Positions 51,560 through 64,000 of a DNA stretch of 64,000 nt are shown here, one piece after another (the stretch's first letter is position 1; the number at the start of each line of letters is the position of its first letter). This stretch comes from Camelus ferus. Lineage: Eukaryota. The stretch lies in assembly GCF_009834535.1 (NCBI RefSeq), contig NC_045697.1, positions 27,282,001 to 27,346,000 of the forward strand. The letters run 5' to 3'. The position numbers and the translations under genes were made by a program. The notes beneath the pieces are model-generated. The model searched no databases and was not told where the DNA came from. It was given only the letters and a program-made list of their open reading frames with translations.

Positions 51560-52395
51560 CCCTAATCTGATCTTTATTTTTTGAGCAATTTTAGGTTCAT
51601 GGCAAAATTGAGCAGAAGGTATAGAAGTTTTCCATCTAATCTCAGTTCCCACACGTGCACGGCCTCCACTATTATCAGTATCCCCAACCAGTGTGGTACA
51701 TTTGTCATAATTGATGACTATGCATTGATACATCATTATCACCCGAAGTCCATAGTTAACACTGTGGTTCATTCTTGGTATTGTACATCCTATGTGTTTG
51801 GACAAATGCATAAGGGCATGTATCTGTAATATCTCACTGAGTAGCTTCACTGCCCCAAACATCCTCTGTCATCTAGTTGGAACCTTAAAGTATACATACT
51901 TTTCAGATTGGCTTCTTTCACTTAGTAAACATGTAAGTTTCTCCAGTGTCTTTTCATGGCTTGAGCACTCATTTCTTTTTAGCACTGAATAATATTACAC
52001 TGTCTGGATGTACCAGAGCTTATCCACTCATCTACAGAAGGACATCTCAGTTGCTTCCAGGTTTTGGCAGTTATGAATAAAGCTGCTGTAAACATCTTTG
52101 TACAGGTCTTTGTATGGACAGAACGTTTTCAACTCCTTTGGGTGAACATCAAGAAGAATGACTGGAGAGCTTGTGGTAAGAAGATGTTGAGTTTTGTAAG
52201 CAGCTGCCAAACTGTTTTTCAAAGTGGCCATACCATTTTGCATTCCCACCAGCAATGAATGAGCGAGTTCCTGCTACTACGCATCCTTGTCGGCATTTAG
52301 TCTTGTCAGTGTTCCGGATTGTGCCCGTTCGAATAGGTACTTCATGGTATCTCGTTGCTTTAATTTACATTTCCCTAATGATACATTATGTGAAG
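51560..52395 (-). mobile_element. L1MC-like 3' region, antisense
   Basis: TTTAGGTTCATGGCAAAATTGAGCAGAAGGTATAGA, GCTGCCAAACTGTTTTTCAAAGTGG, TTGCATTCCCACCAGCAATGAATGAG. Confidence 0.9.
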
Positions 52396-55309
52396 CTGTC
52401 CCTTTCTTTTGATCCTTTTTAAGGAATAGAAATAATAAATTAGTTTTTTGAATTTTATTTCATAATATACATTGGTATTCAGGAACATTTATAAAAGTGA
52501 ATCTAGTGTTAAGTATCTTTCATTTTTCCATTATTTCTGTTACCTCTGAATTTGCTAATGGAAGAAAGATGAACCAGCAGTCTACACTATTTTGTTAGAT
52601 TTATAAGAAAGACATAATGAAAAAGAACTTCCTCAGTTTTTGTGCACTTTGGTACTTCTGCAGATTATTTTTGTATCTGTTGTGTGTTATAGTGGGATTA
52701 GACTCACAAGTCTTGTTCACTCACTTTGGCTGAGCTGGGCTAAGTTAACTTTGCTGAACTTTTCTCATCTATAAAATTAATAAGGTATTCTGTATTTATC
52801 TCTTGTTTATAGGTCCTATTTTAAAATTGAATAATGTTAAAATTTGTGTAAAAAATTATGAAGACCATCTGCAAATGTCAACTATTTAAAACAAGGTTGA
52901 GTTTGCAGTTGGTCTGTGGTCTTTGCACATGTGTGGTGGTAGGTGCTGTGGATCCAGAGAGGAGTAGGACACGGGCTGAGCCTTTGAGCAACTTGTGATT
53001 CAACAGGGAGAGGGACCCTGTAAAGATAATTTATTTAGTGTGATAATACAGATGTATGCACAGGGGTCACTCAGCTAAAGAGATGGGGAGACTTAGAGGA
53101 GAGGAGATCTGAGCTCACTAAATCTTTAAAGAAAGGTGAGTTGTAGGTCATCGATGTGATGGATTATGAGACAGAATAGTTAGGAAATACTCTTGGTAGT
53201 TTTCTACCGTGTTTCAGAATTACTGTGTTGCTTTCTAACTCTGTGGGCCTTGTTTTTGAGACCAGCGATCTTTAACCTTGGGAAAGGCTCATCACATTGA
53301 GTAAATTCCCCAGATATAGGGAGGTTCAGAATCAAGAACAACTCTTACCCCGGCACACCCGAGGGCGTGGGCACACCTGTCAGTAATTGTGGCCAGCGTG
53401 GTGGTCATTCTGGTGTAACCAGAATGTAATTCCACTTTCTCTTTTCTGCCTGGGGATACTGAGTCCCAGGGCAATGGGTGACTTAATTTGAAAAATATCA
53501 TGTAGCTAGTTGTGGCAGATCTTAAACCCAATGTCCCAGACCTCTGGGTTTTGCACACCTTTATAATGTTGCCCTGCTGATTTGTTTGTGCTTTCCCTCT
53601 GAATTATTTTACTAAATCTAAAAGCATGCATATCTATCAATATATTGTTCTTCAGAATATTTAGCCATCTGAGTGTAGGCATGTGCATTTCAGAGTAAAG
53701 GTGCCTACAAGGAAATGGGCACAGAAAAGAAGCATGAAGTGAGTTGGCTGTTGGGGTGGGTGGAAATCCCTTGACCTGGGAAGGGTGTCGTTGTCATAAA
53801 CGCTTAGGAGCCTGGGAGGCCAGGCCAGTTGTGTGGAGTGTGTGCAGGAGGAAACCAGGGCCTGAGGGTTTGACGATTGGAAGTTGCCAAAGTCCAGTGT
53901 GGTGGCGTCGCTCCCAGTGCTGGGCTCCCGTTCCCAGGAGGGCGTCCCGTGGGAGACGAGGCAGGTGCAGGTGAGTGTGGTGCAGCTCTTCTCCCACGAG
54001 GGAGAGTGAGTTTGCTCAGAGAAATGTCACTTACAAAGAGGATTGGACAGGAGGGAAAATTACATTAGTGTTAACGCAGCTACAGAAAGGAAGAGGTGAT
54101 TAGATACTTGAGCAGTTAATATGTGCCAGCCATTGTGTCGGGAGCAGTCAGCTTCCAGATAATCCCGGAAGTAGTGGTGTTAGCCCTTCCTCCCCCTTTT
54201 CGGGAAAGGCGTATGAAGAAACTGAAGTTTAGAAGAAGTTAGGCAGCTTGTCACTGCTGTTAACATTAAAGCTCGAATTGCCTGGTTCTAAATTCACCTT
54301 TTATGTGTTGTACTTAAGTTATTTCTGTAATAAAGGGATTACAGTATGTTCAGGGTATGAAACAAGCCTGGTCAGAACTTAGAAAATTATCCTTTCCTGC
54401 TGAAAAGCTGAGCATTTTCCCCCTCCTATTGGTGAGATGTGTAAAATATAAAACATTTAGTGGCTTTCAAAAATAGGTGTGTAAGACTGAAGCTACTCAA
54501 GAAAGGGAGCTGGCATTTTTTGAATGCCTGAATTTCATCATGTTCTTGGTTAAGGAGAGAAGAAAACAGGAACTAAGAGGAAAATCACACCTTCAGGAAG
54601 ATTGAAAGAAGATGGGTCAAGATTGGAGCAGGTCAGGACAGTTAAATGATAGACTGAAAGAGGTCAATTTTGAGGTGACCGTAAGCCTGAGTTTTCACTT
54701 TTCTTGTTGCCTTTTGAGCTGTAGAGAGTTATCACTTATTAACTGATATTCTTTTCAAAGCACCAAGGAACCATGTTTGTAGTTCTTCAGCTTCCTGAGA
54801 AAGTGCTCTTTATTTCAAGAATCCACTCCAGAGAGTCCTGCCGTAGTGGTCATCTGCTACAGCCTGTGACAGGACACCAGACAGGAGGGCAAAGGCGTGG
54901 GTTGGAGGCCCAGGTTTGCCCTGTGTTGGCTGGTTTAGCCTTGGTTAGGTGCACTGGGAATGGTGATCACTGCTGTCCACCAGGTAGTCCTGTTTGGGTG
55001 TCACATGAGATGAGTTAAGTGAAGTAAACTGTTGAGCACTCTTCAGGATGAGTGTCTGCACAATGGGGTGAATGTAGCCTTGTATTTCCCTTAAGTTTCT
55101 TGACTTACACTTCAAGTTAAACTTCCCTGGGCCTGGATCTTTGATCTGAAAAATGAGGACATTGTGCTGATTGATCATGATGCTTGCTGTCAGTTTGGAA
55201 CATCTGTTGCTGCAAGTCAGGGCGGTCTTCTTAGGTTGTTCACCTCTGATAAGGAAGAGAGAGTCCCTGGAGCCACCAGCCTGGGACAGATCCCCTCTCC
55301 ATCTGTTCC

Positions 55310-55640
55310 CAGTGGAGTTGTGACCTTGGACACATTGCTTCTCTCTAAGCATGAACGTGTTCATCAAAATGAGCATAAGAGCCGTCTTCCAGGCTGTTGA
55401 GGATTTATCCACGTAATGCACTTAGAAGAGTGCCTGTCTCAGACTGAGCACTTAGTAAGAGTGAGCCATCACCCTCACCTTCACTGCAGTTAGGGGTGGA
55501 GGTGACCTTCACAGTTGCTTATTAGTTCTGTCCCCTCTTTTGAAAGATGAAAACATTGGGTCCTCCAGGTGAAGAGGTTTCCCCAAAGTCACAGCTAAGA
55601 TTAAAGCAAGGTGTCCTGGCTCTTAATCCAGAGCTCGTTG
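55310..55640. mobile_element. Two MIR fragments in opposite orientation
   Basis: TGTGACCTTGGACACATTG...GCACTTAGAAGAGTGCCTG (+) and AAGATGAAAACATTGG...CCCCAAAGTCACAGCT (-). Confidence 0.6.
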
Positions 55641-55924
55641 CATCACCCAGCTCTCACCATGATGTTTAGTTTTTTTTTTGTTGTTTTATCATATTCTACA
55701 TGAATTAAACATAAGCTCTGGTTCAGCAGTACAGAACAAGAGTAAAATGCTTTCGTCAGGCCACAAGTCATTTAGATGCGATAAGGGGAAAATGAGTTAG
55801 AATTACACGGGCCCCTGCCCCCAGCCTCCTGTATGACCTTGCTCAGGGTTACAGCTCTGCCTTGGTTTCCCTTTCCCTAAAGTAGAGATAGGGAGCAGCT
55901 GCTCAACCGTTTCTGAAGTCCTTT

Positions 55925-56065
55925 CATTTCTCAAAATACTGTGAAGAATTTCTTCACTGCCAGGACTGTTAAAGTCCAGGAAATAGTGTGCCAACCAAAG
56001 ATGGAGATTCTCCAATTTTAGAAAACTTTAAAAATAGGAAGGACGTTTATTTGTTTAGCAGTGTT
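55925..56065 (+). mobile_element. Possible CR1/L3 3' fragment
   Basis: AAGAATTTCTTCACTGCCAGGACTGTTAAAG...GATTCTCC...TTTAAAAATAGG resembles the CR1/L3 3' end; highly degenerate. Confidence 0.4.
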
Positions 56066-59000
56066 CATAACTGTAGGCCCGCCGAAGGCCGGGAATCAGC
56101 CAAATGGTATTTTGCGGAAGTTCTTTTGACAGGGTGGACCCAAAGGAAATCAGTCATTAGGTGAAAAAAAATTGTAAGCTCTTTGGGACAGTATTTGCTT
56201 AGGGACATTTATACATGCCTATTGTGATAGTCTCTTTTGTGTCAGGTTTTCTTTTTTTTTTTCTTACATATGTAAGTTTCCAGATTTAAAATATTAGAAC
56301 TTTAATTGTAAAATTTGACTTCAGAAACACAAATCAAAAACCTTATGAATAATGAGTTTGTGGCCCCTTGTGTGTGGATTATTACTAAATTAATTGTATA
56401 GTGAGCATGAAATATTGCTAATGCTTTTGCTATGGTCAGAACCCTCTTAGCGTTTCAAAAATAGCCATATTGCTCAGTTTCTAGGTGAATGGAAGGGATT
56501 CTCTTCCCACATTTGAAAGTGTTTGAAGGTGACACATGGGAATTTAGAGTACACTGGAGTTTCATTCAAGGTAGTACCACCCAATTTTAACGTAGCTGAA
56601 AGAACATCACATCAAGGTTTGAGTTTATCAATTCTGTGGTGTTTAAACTAGTTGCAGTTGTCATCCCCGGATTTTTACCCCCAGGGGAAGAGCTCAGTGT
56701 GCTCCACCACCAGAGCATAGCTCTGTATTAATTACTTTGCAGTTACCACCCTGCTTGGGGAATCCTGTGGTATTTCCAGACATTCTGGAACAAGAAAGCC
56801 AGCTTCTCCTTCAAGGTTAGTGTCGATCAGGACACACTGACCATGGATCTTCTCTGTGCCAGACCCTTGGGGCACAGATGCCAGGATGAGTAGGACTTAA
56901 TCCCTGCCCTGTCGGAGGGGACGGTGGGCGTGTGCAGTGGCGCCTGCGCAGAAGTTCCACAGACAGGTGGGCCGGGGAGCCTTCAGCCTCTGAGCAGCCT
57001 TCCCACTCGACAGTCTCACCGTTGACTTCAGTTAGCAGGGATAGTCAGAACCGGCTGTACACTGTTACCTTAAATGTTGTCCTTCTCAAAAACATTGTTT
57101 TGCATTTGGGAGCCAGCGATATGTTTGGATGTAGGTGTTATGAAAAGCCTCTGGTGTCCTGGGGCACCTTTCTCTGCGGGTTTTAGGGCTCTGTATATCT
57201 AACATTTTTTTTTTTTCTTTAATCCTGATTGAATAAACAGGCAGTGGATCCAGCTGGCTCCTCTGTGTGCGGGCAGGAGTGACTCTGCTCTCAAGCCCTT
57301 ACGGGCAGACTCCAGGCTGGGTGCCAGAACCTTTCAAATCCACATCATATTCCCAGTTAAACTGGGAAGTGCAAACCCGGTGAGGCTGTCAGTCTGAGAA
57401 ATCCCCCAAGTCACTGGAAATGTGGGCACTGGTGCCTTTTTTTTTTTGGTGGGCTTAGAGGTTTTAGTCTGATAAGGAAATTTCAAGCCGAAGTCTGTAT
57501 TTCATCCCTATTAAAAGCAAATCAAGAGGACCTGGCGTGGTCTAGAAAAAGAGCCCTGAAGGGGGAGGTCGGGTTCTGTCCAGCCTGGCCTGTGACCGGA
57601 TGCCTGTCGTTCCAGCCCCCTGAGGCTTTGTTTCTTGATGAAATAAATAGAAATGGGTGGTTCGAGAGCCCCATCCAGAGGGTGAGCAAATGGAAGCGGC
57701 AGCGGGAGCAGAGGCTCGGAGGTGGACGTCCGGCTGAGCGGAAGCCCAGGGTGTACCTGAGTGGAGCTGAGTGCCCTCCCTCCCGCCAAAGCTGGTGAAT
57801 TGGGGAATTCACAGGGAAGAGGTGATTGGCGCCCCAGCATGGCGGGCTCTGTGGGTCAGGCTGGGCAGGTGGTGTTTTGGTAGAGGTTGGAGAGGAGCCC
57901 TAGAAAGTTTATGAGTGGTAGGCTGACGCCATCCCAGCTGTGCTCCTGGGAGATGAGGCCACCCGTGTAGAGTGGGGTGGGTGGGTATATATACTGGGAG
58001 AAGCCAGGGGCAGGGTCAGGGTGGGTGGGATGGGGTCTGGGGATCTTGCTGTGGTCTCACTTAAGTTCAGGCTCAGACTAGTGCTTGGGGTGCTCGGCTC
58101 CTGGTGAGAGACTATATACCCTGACAGCTTATCGAAAATTGGGGAAGAGAAGAGTAGAAGCCACTTCCCAGGTCTTCAGACTAGTGACCTGGAAGGCATT
58201 CAGGGAACAACTGAGAGAGCCCTGTGTTAGGGCTTGTTTTGGATGTTTTAAAGTCAAGGTGCCCAAAGTCTGGGTCACTCTTAAGAGGTGATTAGAATCT
58301 GAGTTATGTTTTATTTTTTTTTTTTTTAAGGAAATATATATTTTTTAATTTTTAGGAAAGAATTCAGGGCTAAGATGTACATTGAATTATCTTTGTTTGC
58401 CTTGGGGGAGTGGATGAGATCCCTGGTGAGAGATGTCTGTGAAATAGAAGTGTTTTCCTAAAACGGTGTAAAGGAGGGAATTACATTAACAGGATTACCT
58501 TACCCCTTTCCTCCCCTTAGGGCTTATCTTTATTTCTTTTTTTCCCCCTCTTATCTTTGTAAACCAAGATGAAGTCCCACTTTTGAAAATGTCTTTCGGA
58601 CTCAGGGAGTACAGTTCCCATTTGGGAGGTGGAATGCTTGTTCCGTGGTTTTAGAATCAGTGGAGGGTAGATCGGGTTGAGTGTCAGGGAGTCTCTGAAC
58701 CCCCTGGGCACACACCAGCCCTTCCCTCAGCCCCAGCCTTGAACTCTTGTTCCCAGCAGCAGCTCCTGGCCAGCCTTTATCTCGTCAGCCTTGGTTTCAG
58801 TGTTGGTTCTCTAGGAATGTTCCTGATTGTAAAATATCTGGTCTAGTGAGGATGAGGTCAGTTGAGGAGCCTGGAGGGTGGGAGTGGGGGAAGGAGGAGC
58901 CACGCTGTAGGACTCCTGCCTGGTGGAGCTGCCGGTCTGGGGGCCCTTGTGGGAGGCGTATCTCTGTGCCTGTCTTTAAGGGGAGACCTGGGGACTGGGC

Positions 59001-59302
59001 AGTCTGAGCTGCGTGGACTTGCTCCTGCTCCAGGGAGGCTCGGTGTCCCCATGAGTCCATGCCGGTCTACACATCTCGAACTGAGAGGCTGTGCTCTAGG
59101 CAGAATGCAGACACTCACTTGTGTCTCACCTTCCTTCCTTCCCATTTGAGAGAGCACTCAGGCCCTGGGACAGATCTGCAAAGACAGTGACATATTTCCT
59201 GTCTTTCCTGCTGAGCTCAAGCCCACAGCTCTGGCCCCCACTCTCCATTCACGGACTTGGCAGTTACCTTTCAACTCTTATTGCGTCTTTTTTTAAAGTC
59301 GC

Positions 59303-59521
59303 CTAGTACTGAGAATGAAACTTGTGTGGCCTGATGAGCTGGAAGGACAGCAAGGCCGTGACCCCTTTAACGTTAAGGATGACATTTTTCCTACTGCCAT
59401 AGGCTCTCCATGCCTTTTTCATTCTTTTGGTATCCAGGCCATTCTGTTGGCTTATCCTGGGCTTATAGTCAATTAAAATCCTTAAATCTTTTTCACATGA
59501 ACTTTTGGCAAGCTGAGTCAA
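59303..59521 (-). mobile_element. CR1/L3 LINE ORF2 relic
   Basis: Translation SSCEKDLRILIDYKPRISQQ...LIRPH matches the CR1 ORF2 motif EKDLGVLVDxKLNMSQQC...LVRPHLEY. Confidence 0.82.
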
Positions 59522-60680
59522 CCCTATGGGTACCTACCCAGCTGAGGGTTTTGTTTGTTTTTAAGCTTCCATACAATACTTTATGTATATTTATATATAT
59601 ATATCACAGTGTTCCTGATACTGGAATTTTTTTTGTCTTCTTTTTTGTATTTTCATTCTATTAGCCAGTTTATTTGTATAGCACAGTACAATTTTGGAAC
59701 TGGAAGTAATCTGAGTATTGCAGTTACTCCCTTCAGTGTGACACGTGGCATGTACACGGTCATGGGGAAGCTGGCAGCAGAGGGATGGGCTGGCATTTGG
59801 ACATGATCAGGTTTTCTTTCTCACACACTAAGAGTGTGGGCAGGTCAGGAAGGAGGAGAAATGTTAGCCGAGGGCTGGGCACTGGATATGAGCTGACATT
59901 TGGACAACTTCTTTCTATGTGCAGCTTTATACTGTTTCATTTTTATCTTGTGTATTTTCTTTGATTTCCTTCATCTAAAAGCAGGAATAAACTATTTGCC
60001 ACTTAATTCTACTTTTGAGGTGTTCTGTGCTAGGATACAGTCTGAGTTTCATAAACATTTATTAAAGTTATCTAACATTTATTATAACTTCTGATAGAGT
60101 CAAGGACCAGCAAGTAGTATTGTTCTTGTTACACTTGGTATAGCTAAAGCATGAAATGTGTTGGGTGGAAAATAGGCTGACTGTAACTAATATCCTTTAC
60201 TGGCCAAAGTTCTGATGTGCCTGTTGGTCACAGTTAAAGAAAAGGGATGGCTGCTTGGTGAGCATAGTTTATTTCAAGAAGAGGACTGAAATGATATGAG
60301 AGAGAAGACCTGTACCACTCATCTGAATGAAGTTTCGGATTCTCGAACATGTGTGATAGGTTTTATTCAAGGATGCAGTTAATGCTATAAAAGCTAGGGT
60401 GGTGGAGTATTTAAAACTGTAAATAATTGATATTTATGAAGACATACCAGAACCCCTTCTGGCAGTTGAGTCTAGCACTCATGCATTAGTAAGTTTAAAT
60501 TTCTAGCATGTTCCTGGAAACCACCATAGATCTCACAGATGCTGGTGACAGGGCTGTAACTGGGCTGCTAGGTATGTTGTGCAGGTTGCACACTGCACAA
60601 AGGCATCCAGCCAACAGAGCAAGTAGGGGCTGAGATGCGGCCCACATCTGGCTTACCAATGTCTGCCACTGTAAGTTTTT

Positions 60681-60714
60681 TTTTTTTGTTAACATTTTTT
60701 ATTGATTTATAATC
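60681..60714 (-). mobile_element. 34-bp extremely 5'-truncated retrotransposon (L1-type 3' tip plus poly(A))
   Basis: Minus strand reads GATTATAAATCAATAAAAAATGTTAACAAAAAAA; perfect 16-bp TSD GCCACTGTAAGTTTTT at 60665-60680 and 60715-60730. Confidence 0.85.
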
Positions 60715-61870
60715 GCCACTGTAAGTTTTTGTCTATGAGGTGGGGAAGGACAGGGCTTTGGCCTTCAATAATTTGAACAAAGGCATCATATATGCGAAAA
60801 GTAGCCCTATGCTATAAATTATTTTGTGTTTAAAAAAATTAATATTGATATTGTCAAGGTGATTCCATACTGTGTCCACAAATGTAATAGTTTTTAGATT
60901 GATTTTACTGCAATTCCTAGGAAGTAGCAAGAGTATTTATCTGATTGAGAAGGCTAATGGTGTGTCTAAATTCGTTCGAACTGTCAGCTTCAGAAAATAG
61001 GCTAGTTCTTACTATCACAATTTTTATTTAAGCTAGAAATTTTTATCTTAAGGAATCATGCATATGAAAGGGCATTCTCTTGAATACTGCTTTTAGACTG
61101 TCATCTAAAGTTTTTAGTTTCTATGAATATTGAAGTTTATTTTTTAGATTGTGTTCCATGACTTAAAGGCTATTGTATGTTAGGTAGAGAAGCATTTAGG
61201 GGTACTGAGAAATGTATGCCATTTCACTTCTACATGGAAAATAATTTATCATACATTTTAAATGAAGATTTTTTTTCCCCTCCACATAATTTTGCCCCAG
61301 AAGGCTTTACCTAATAACAGTAGACAGTAACTTCTAAAATTTCTTAAAGTTTAAGAAAACTATATTCTTTTAAAAGTTAATCTTGTTTTTAAAGATTGCA
61401 AAAGCAATGTATGTAAGTATAGAAAAATAACATTGATGTGTAAAAATAACAAACCACCGTGTTTCTGCTATCCAGAGACACCACAGTTAGTCCTTCCAGA
61501 CCTTTTTTAGTGATAAGCACTGGTTAAAATTGCATCTCTTTTGCTGAAAATAAGTAGTTGAAATAAGAGCTCTTCAAACATACATATATATTTTTTTAAT
61601 CTATTGGAAGTGAGTGGGGCGTGAGTGCCTGAGACATGATATTATGATGACTACATTCATAATTGAAATGAAGATTCAAAGGTATTTATTTTGTCATATT
61701 TTTCTGATCTTCCATTGGCAGTGGTAAGATAAGTTGATAGTTGAAAATAATTTTCCATCTATTTGTATATTAGACTAAATTGTCATTATCTAGGACTAGC
61801 CCAGCAATAAGTCACATCAGACTTAAATCGAGTATTTGTAACTACTTGAAAAGAGTTGTAATGTTTTTAT

Positions 61871-62016
61871 CATTTAATTATTAGTAGTATTTTATTTTGG
61901 TGGGGGTGGGAGAGGTAATTAGGTTTAATTTAATTTTAGAGGAGGTACTGGGGATTGAACCCAGGACCTCATGCATTCTAAGCATGTACTCTATCACTTG
62001 AGCTAACCCTCCCCAC
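61871..62016 (-). mobile_element. tRNA-derived SINE (Vic-1-like)
   Basis: GGAGGTACTGGGGATTGAACCCAGGACCTC...; perfect 14-bp TSD TGTAATGTTTTTAT at 61857-61870 and 62017-62030. Confidence 0.93.
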
Positions 62017-62364
62017 TGTAATGTTTTTATATTGATGAAGAATTGACATTATGTAGAGATTAATTCCATAACTCTAACTAATGGACACTTGAGTTTTACT
62101 CACTTAATTTTGCTTCCCTTACTGACTGCATGGTGACATTGTAGTTTCTCTACGTAGACTTTGATGGCTACAGCTTCTTTGGGGCAGCTTTCCTGTTTTC
62201 AGTTGGATTTATATTTGCATTGGAATGGTGGGATGGCTTTGCTTTATTATTAATATATGCAGTATGTACACACCATGGTCCCAAGAGAGACGACATTCGG
62301 TAGTGGTGGTCTGATCTTTCAGTTAGTTGTAGCTGGTTCCACCCCCTCCCCACCGACTTGAGTC

Positions 62365-62832
62365 CAAGGATCCTTAACCTGGGGTCTGAGGATGGAAGTA
62401 AGGGGTCAGGGATGGGGTCCATGAACTTGGGAAAAAAATTACACCTTTATTTTTACTAACCTTTTAACTGCAACTTGACACCTCCTTCAATTATGAATGT
62501 AGTCATCTAACCTAGTAGCATTAGCAGCTCCTATGACAGTAAAATCAGTTATTTTCACATTGCATTATAGTTATTACACATTTCTCAAAAATACTGTATA
62601 TGCACATCATTACTTTGAATTATGATAGTTATATGATTTGCCACTAGACCTTGTTGAACATGGTACTAAGCACATAATGCTATATCATAATTGTTTGGAT
62701 AATTCCCTTTTGGTATAATTCTCTTGGATTGCCTTGTGTTCTGTTTTATGGCATTTAAAAATCTTATTCTGAGAAGAGACCATAGGGATCTGTCAGAGGG
62801 GGTCCGTGGCGCAAAAAGTTTAGGAACCTCTG
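62365..62832. mobile_element. hAT-Charlie non-autonomous element (Charlie4-like)
   Basis: Termini CAAGGATCCTTAACCTGGGGTC ... GGGGTCCGTGGCGCAAAAAGTTTAGGAACCTCTG form degenerate inverted ends. Confidence 0.7.
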
Positions 62833-63359
62833 CTTTGGATCCTGGGGGCATTTGAGAGAGCACGCCAACCACGTTTGCTGGGAGCGCTGGTAGGAACCTG
62901 GGGCGTGTAACTGAAAGCTGAGATACATCTCGAGTGTAAGATGCCTTCTAATCCCATGCAGCCTTGCCCACAGCGGCCACAGCCTCCGTAGCTCTTGTGA
63001 TCATTGTAAGGTATGCTCGCCATAAAAAGAAAGTTAAACTACATTCCCTGTAGCCTTTGAAAAAATACGCTAAGTGATTCCCATCCAGAAATGGTTAAAA
63101 ATAGCATAGGCGCCTAAAGGGACAGCCTTCAGCTGTCTAGAAAAATCTTATAATCCGAAAGGATTTAGTCTCAGTGTTTCTGGTTTGCTATTTTTAAAAC
63201 ATTTGTTCCTTCTGCAAATATCTGTTGCATGCATACTACGGGCTGGCATTGTGTTAAGAGAATTTACAGATTTATCATGGTTTCTCTTCCAAGGTCTACT
63301 TGAGATATTTCTTATCACTGAAAAACCTTGAAATCACTAAATTTTCATTTTCAGGTGTA

Positions 63360-63480
63360 ATCATTCACACATTGAGCACATTTGTTCAATACTTGCGTAT
63401 GCCAGGCACTGTCCTAGGCACTCCGGGCTACGTCATTGAACCAAATAGACAACGCTTCTGCTCTCTTAGAGCTGACGTTT
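63360..63480 (-). mobile_element. LINE-2 3' end, antisense
   Basis: TCATTCAC...TATGCCAGGCACTGTCCTAGGCACT...CTGCTCTCTTAGAGCTGAC. Confidence 0.65.
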
Positions 63481-64000
63481 GAGCAGTTAGGTGTCTTATG
63501 CTCTGAATTTGTAGGCTGTCCTGAATGTGCCTTAGAAACTGTTTACTACCCAGGGAGACCCATGTAGTTTTGTAAGGTAATGGTTTTCACTCTGTTCTGT
63601 GGGCCTTGTGACACCTCAGGCCTGGCAGGTGGAAGGATAAGGGCATGTTCTCTTTCCCCAGCTCCATCTGAATTGGAGCTCTCCTACTCTTCTGTATTCG
63701 AGGTTGCTGGGAAGTTGGGGTGGGGTTGAGGTGGGGGAGGGTTCTGTGGCCCACAGGGTATTTGGAAATTCAGTCACATTTTAAAAAATGTGGTTGGCAT
63801 TATCTGTGGCTGGCTGATATGGAGTAAATTTTCGTCATGTATTACCAGTTCTGTACTGAAAGGCAGTTGGAGTAACAGTAAGCTTGTTGCCTTTAGGTGC
63901 TGTCTTTAATAGAGTGGACCTTTTCTTACTCTGCAAATGTGAAGATCACAACATTTATGGCTAGGCTCTGTACTAACAACTTTCACATTCATTGTTTAAT

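Noticed and set aside
1..64000. Most ORFs in the six-frame track as protein-coding genes
   Set aside because: They are short, often start at non-ATG codons, overlap repeats, have random composition and show no recognisable domains; this is expected noise in mammalian intronic DNA.

Overview
This is mammalian, most likely camelid, genomic DNA. The taxon is inferred from six copies of a short tRNA-derived Vic-1-like SINE and from artiodactyl-type L1 3' ends. The window is almost entirely non-coding and rich in interspersed repeats (L1, L2, CR1/L3, MIR, MaLR/ERV LTRs, Tigger and hAT DNA transposons), and nearly all ORFs in the supplied track are chance ORFs. The one clear gene feature is a CpG-island promoter (~46.7-47.5 kb) with a + strand first exon. 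That exon carries (CCG)11, a 23-codon uORF and a 10-codon CDS (MSPLFSWVAK) ending at a phase-0 donor. From memory, not verified by search, this is the internal alternative first exon of TBC1D1, which would place the whole window in that gene's long intron 2. A possible alternative terminal exon with a poly(A) signal lies ~23 kb upstream. Together these elements could split the gene into a PTB1-only product and a PTB1-less RabGAP. I see no prokaryote-type systems, CRISPR arrays or true RNA genes, and no strong evidence for a wholly new system. The findings are regulatory or isoform hypotheses and retrotransposition oddities.
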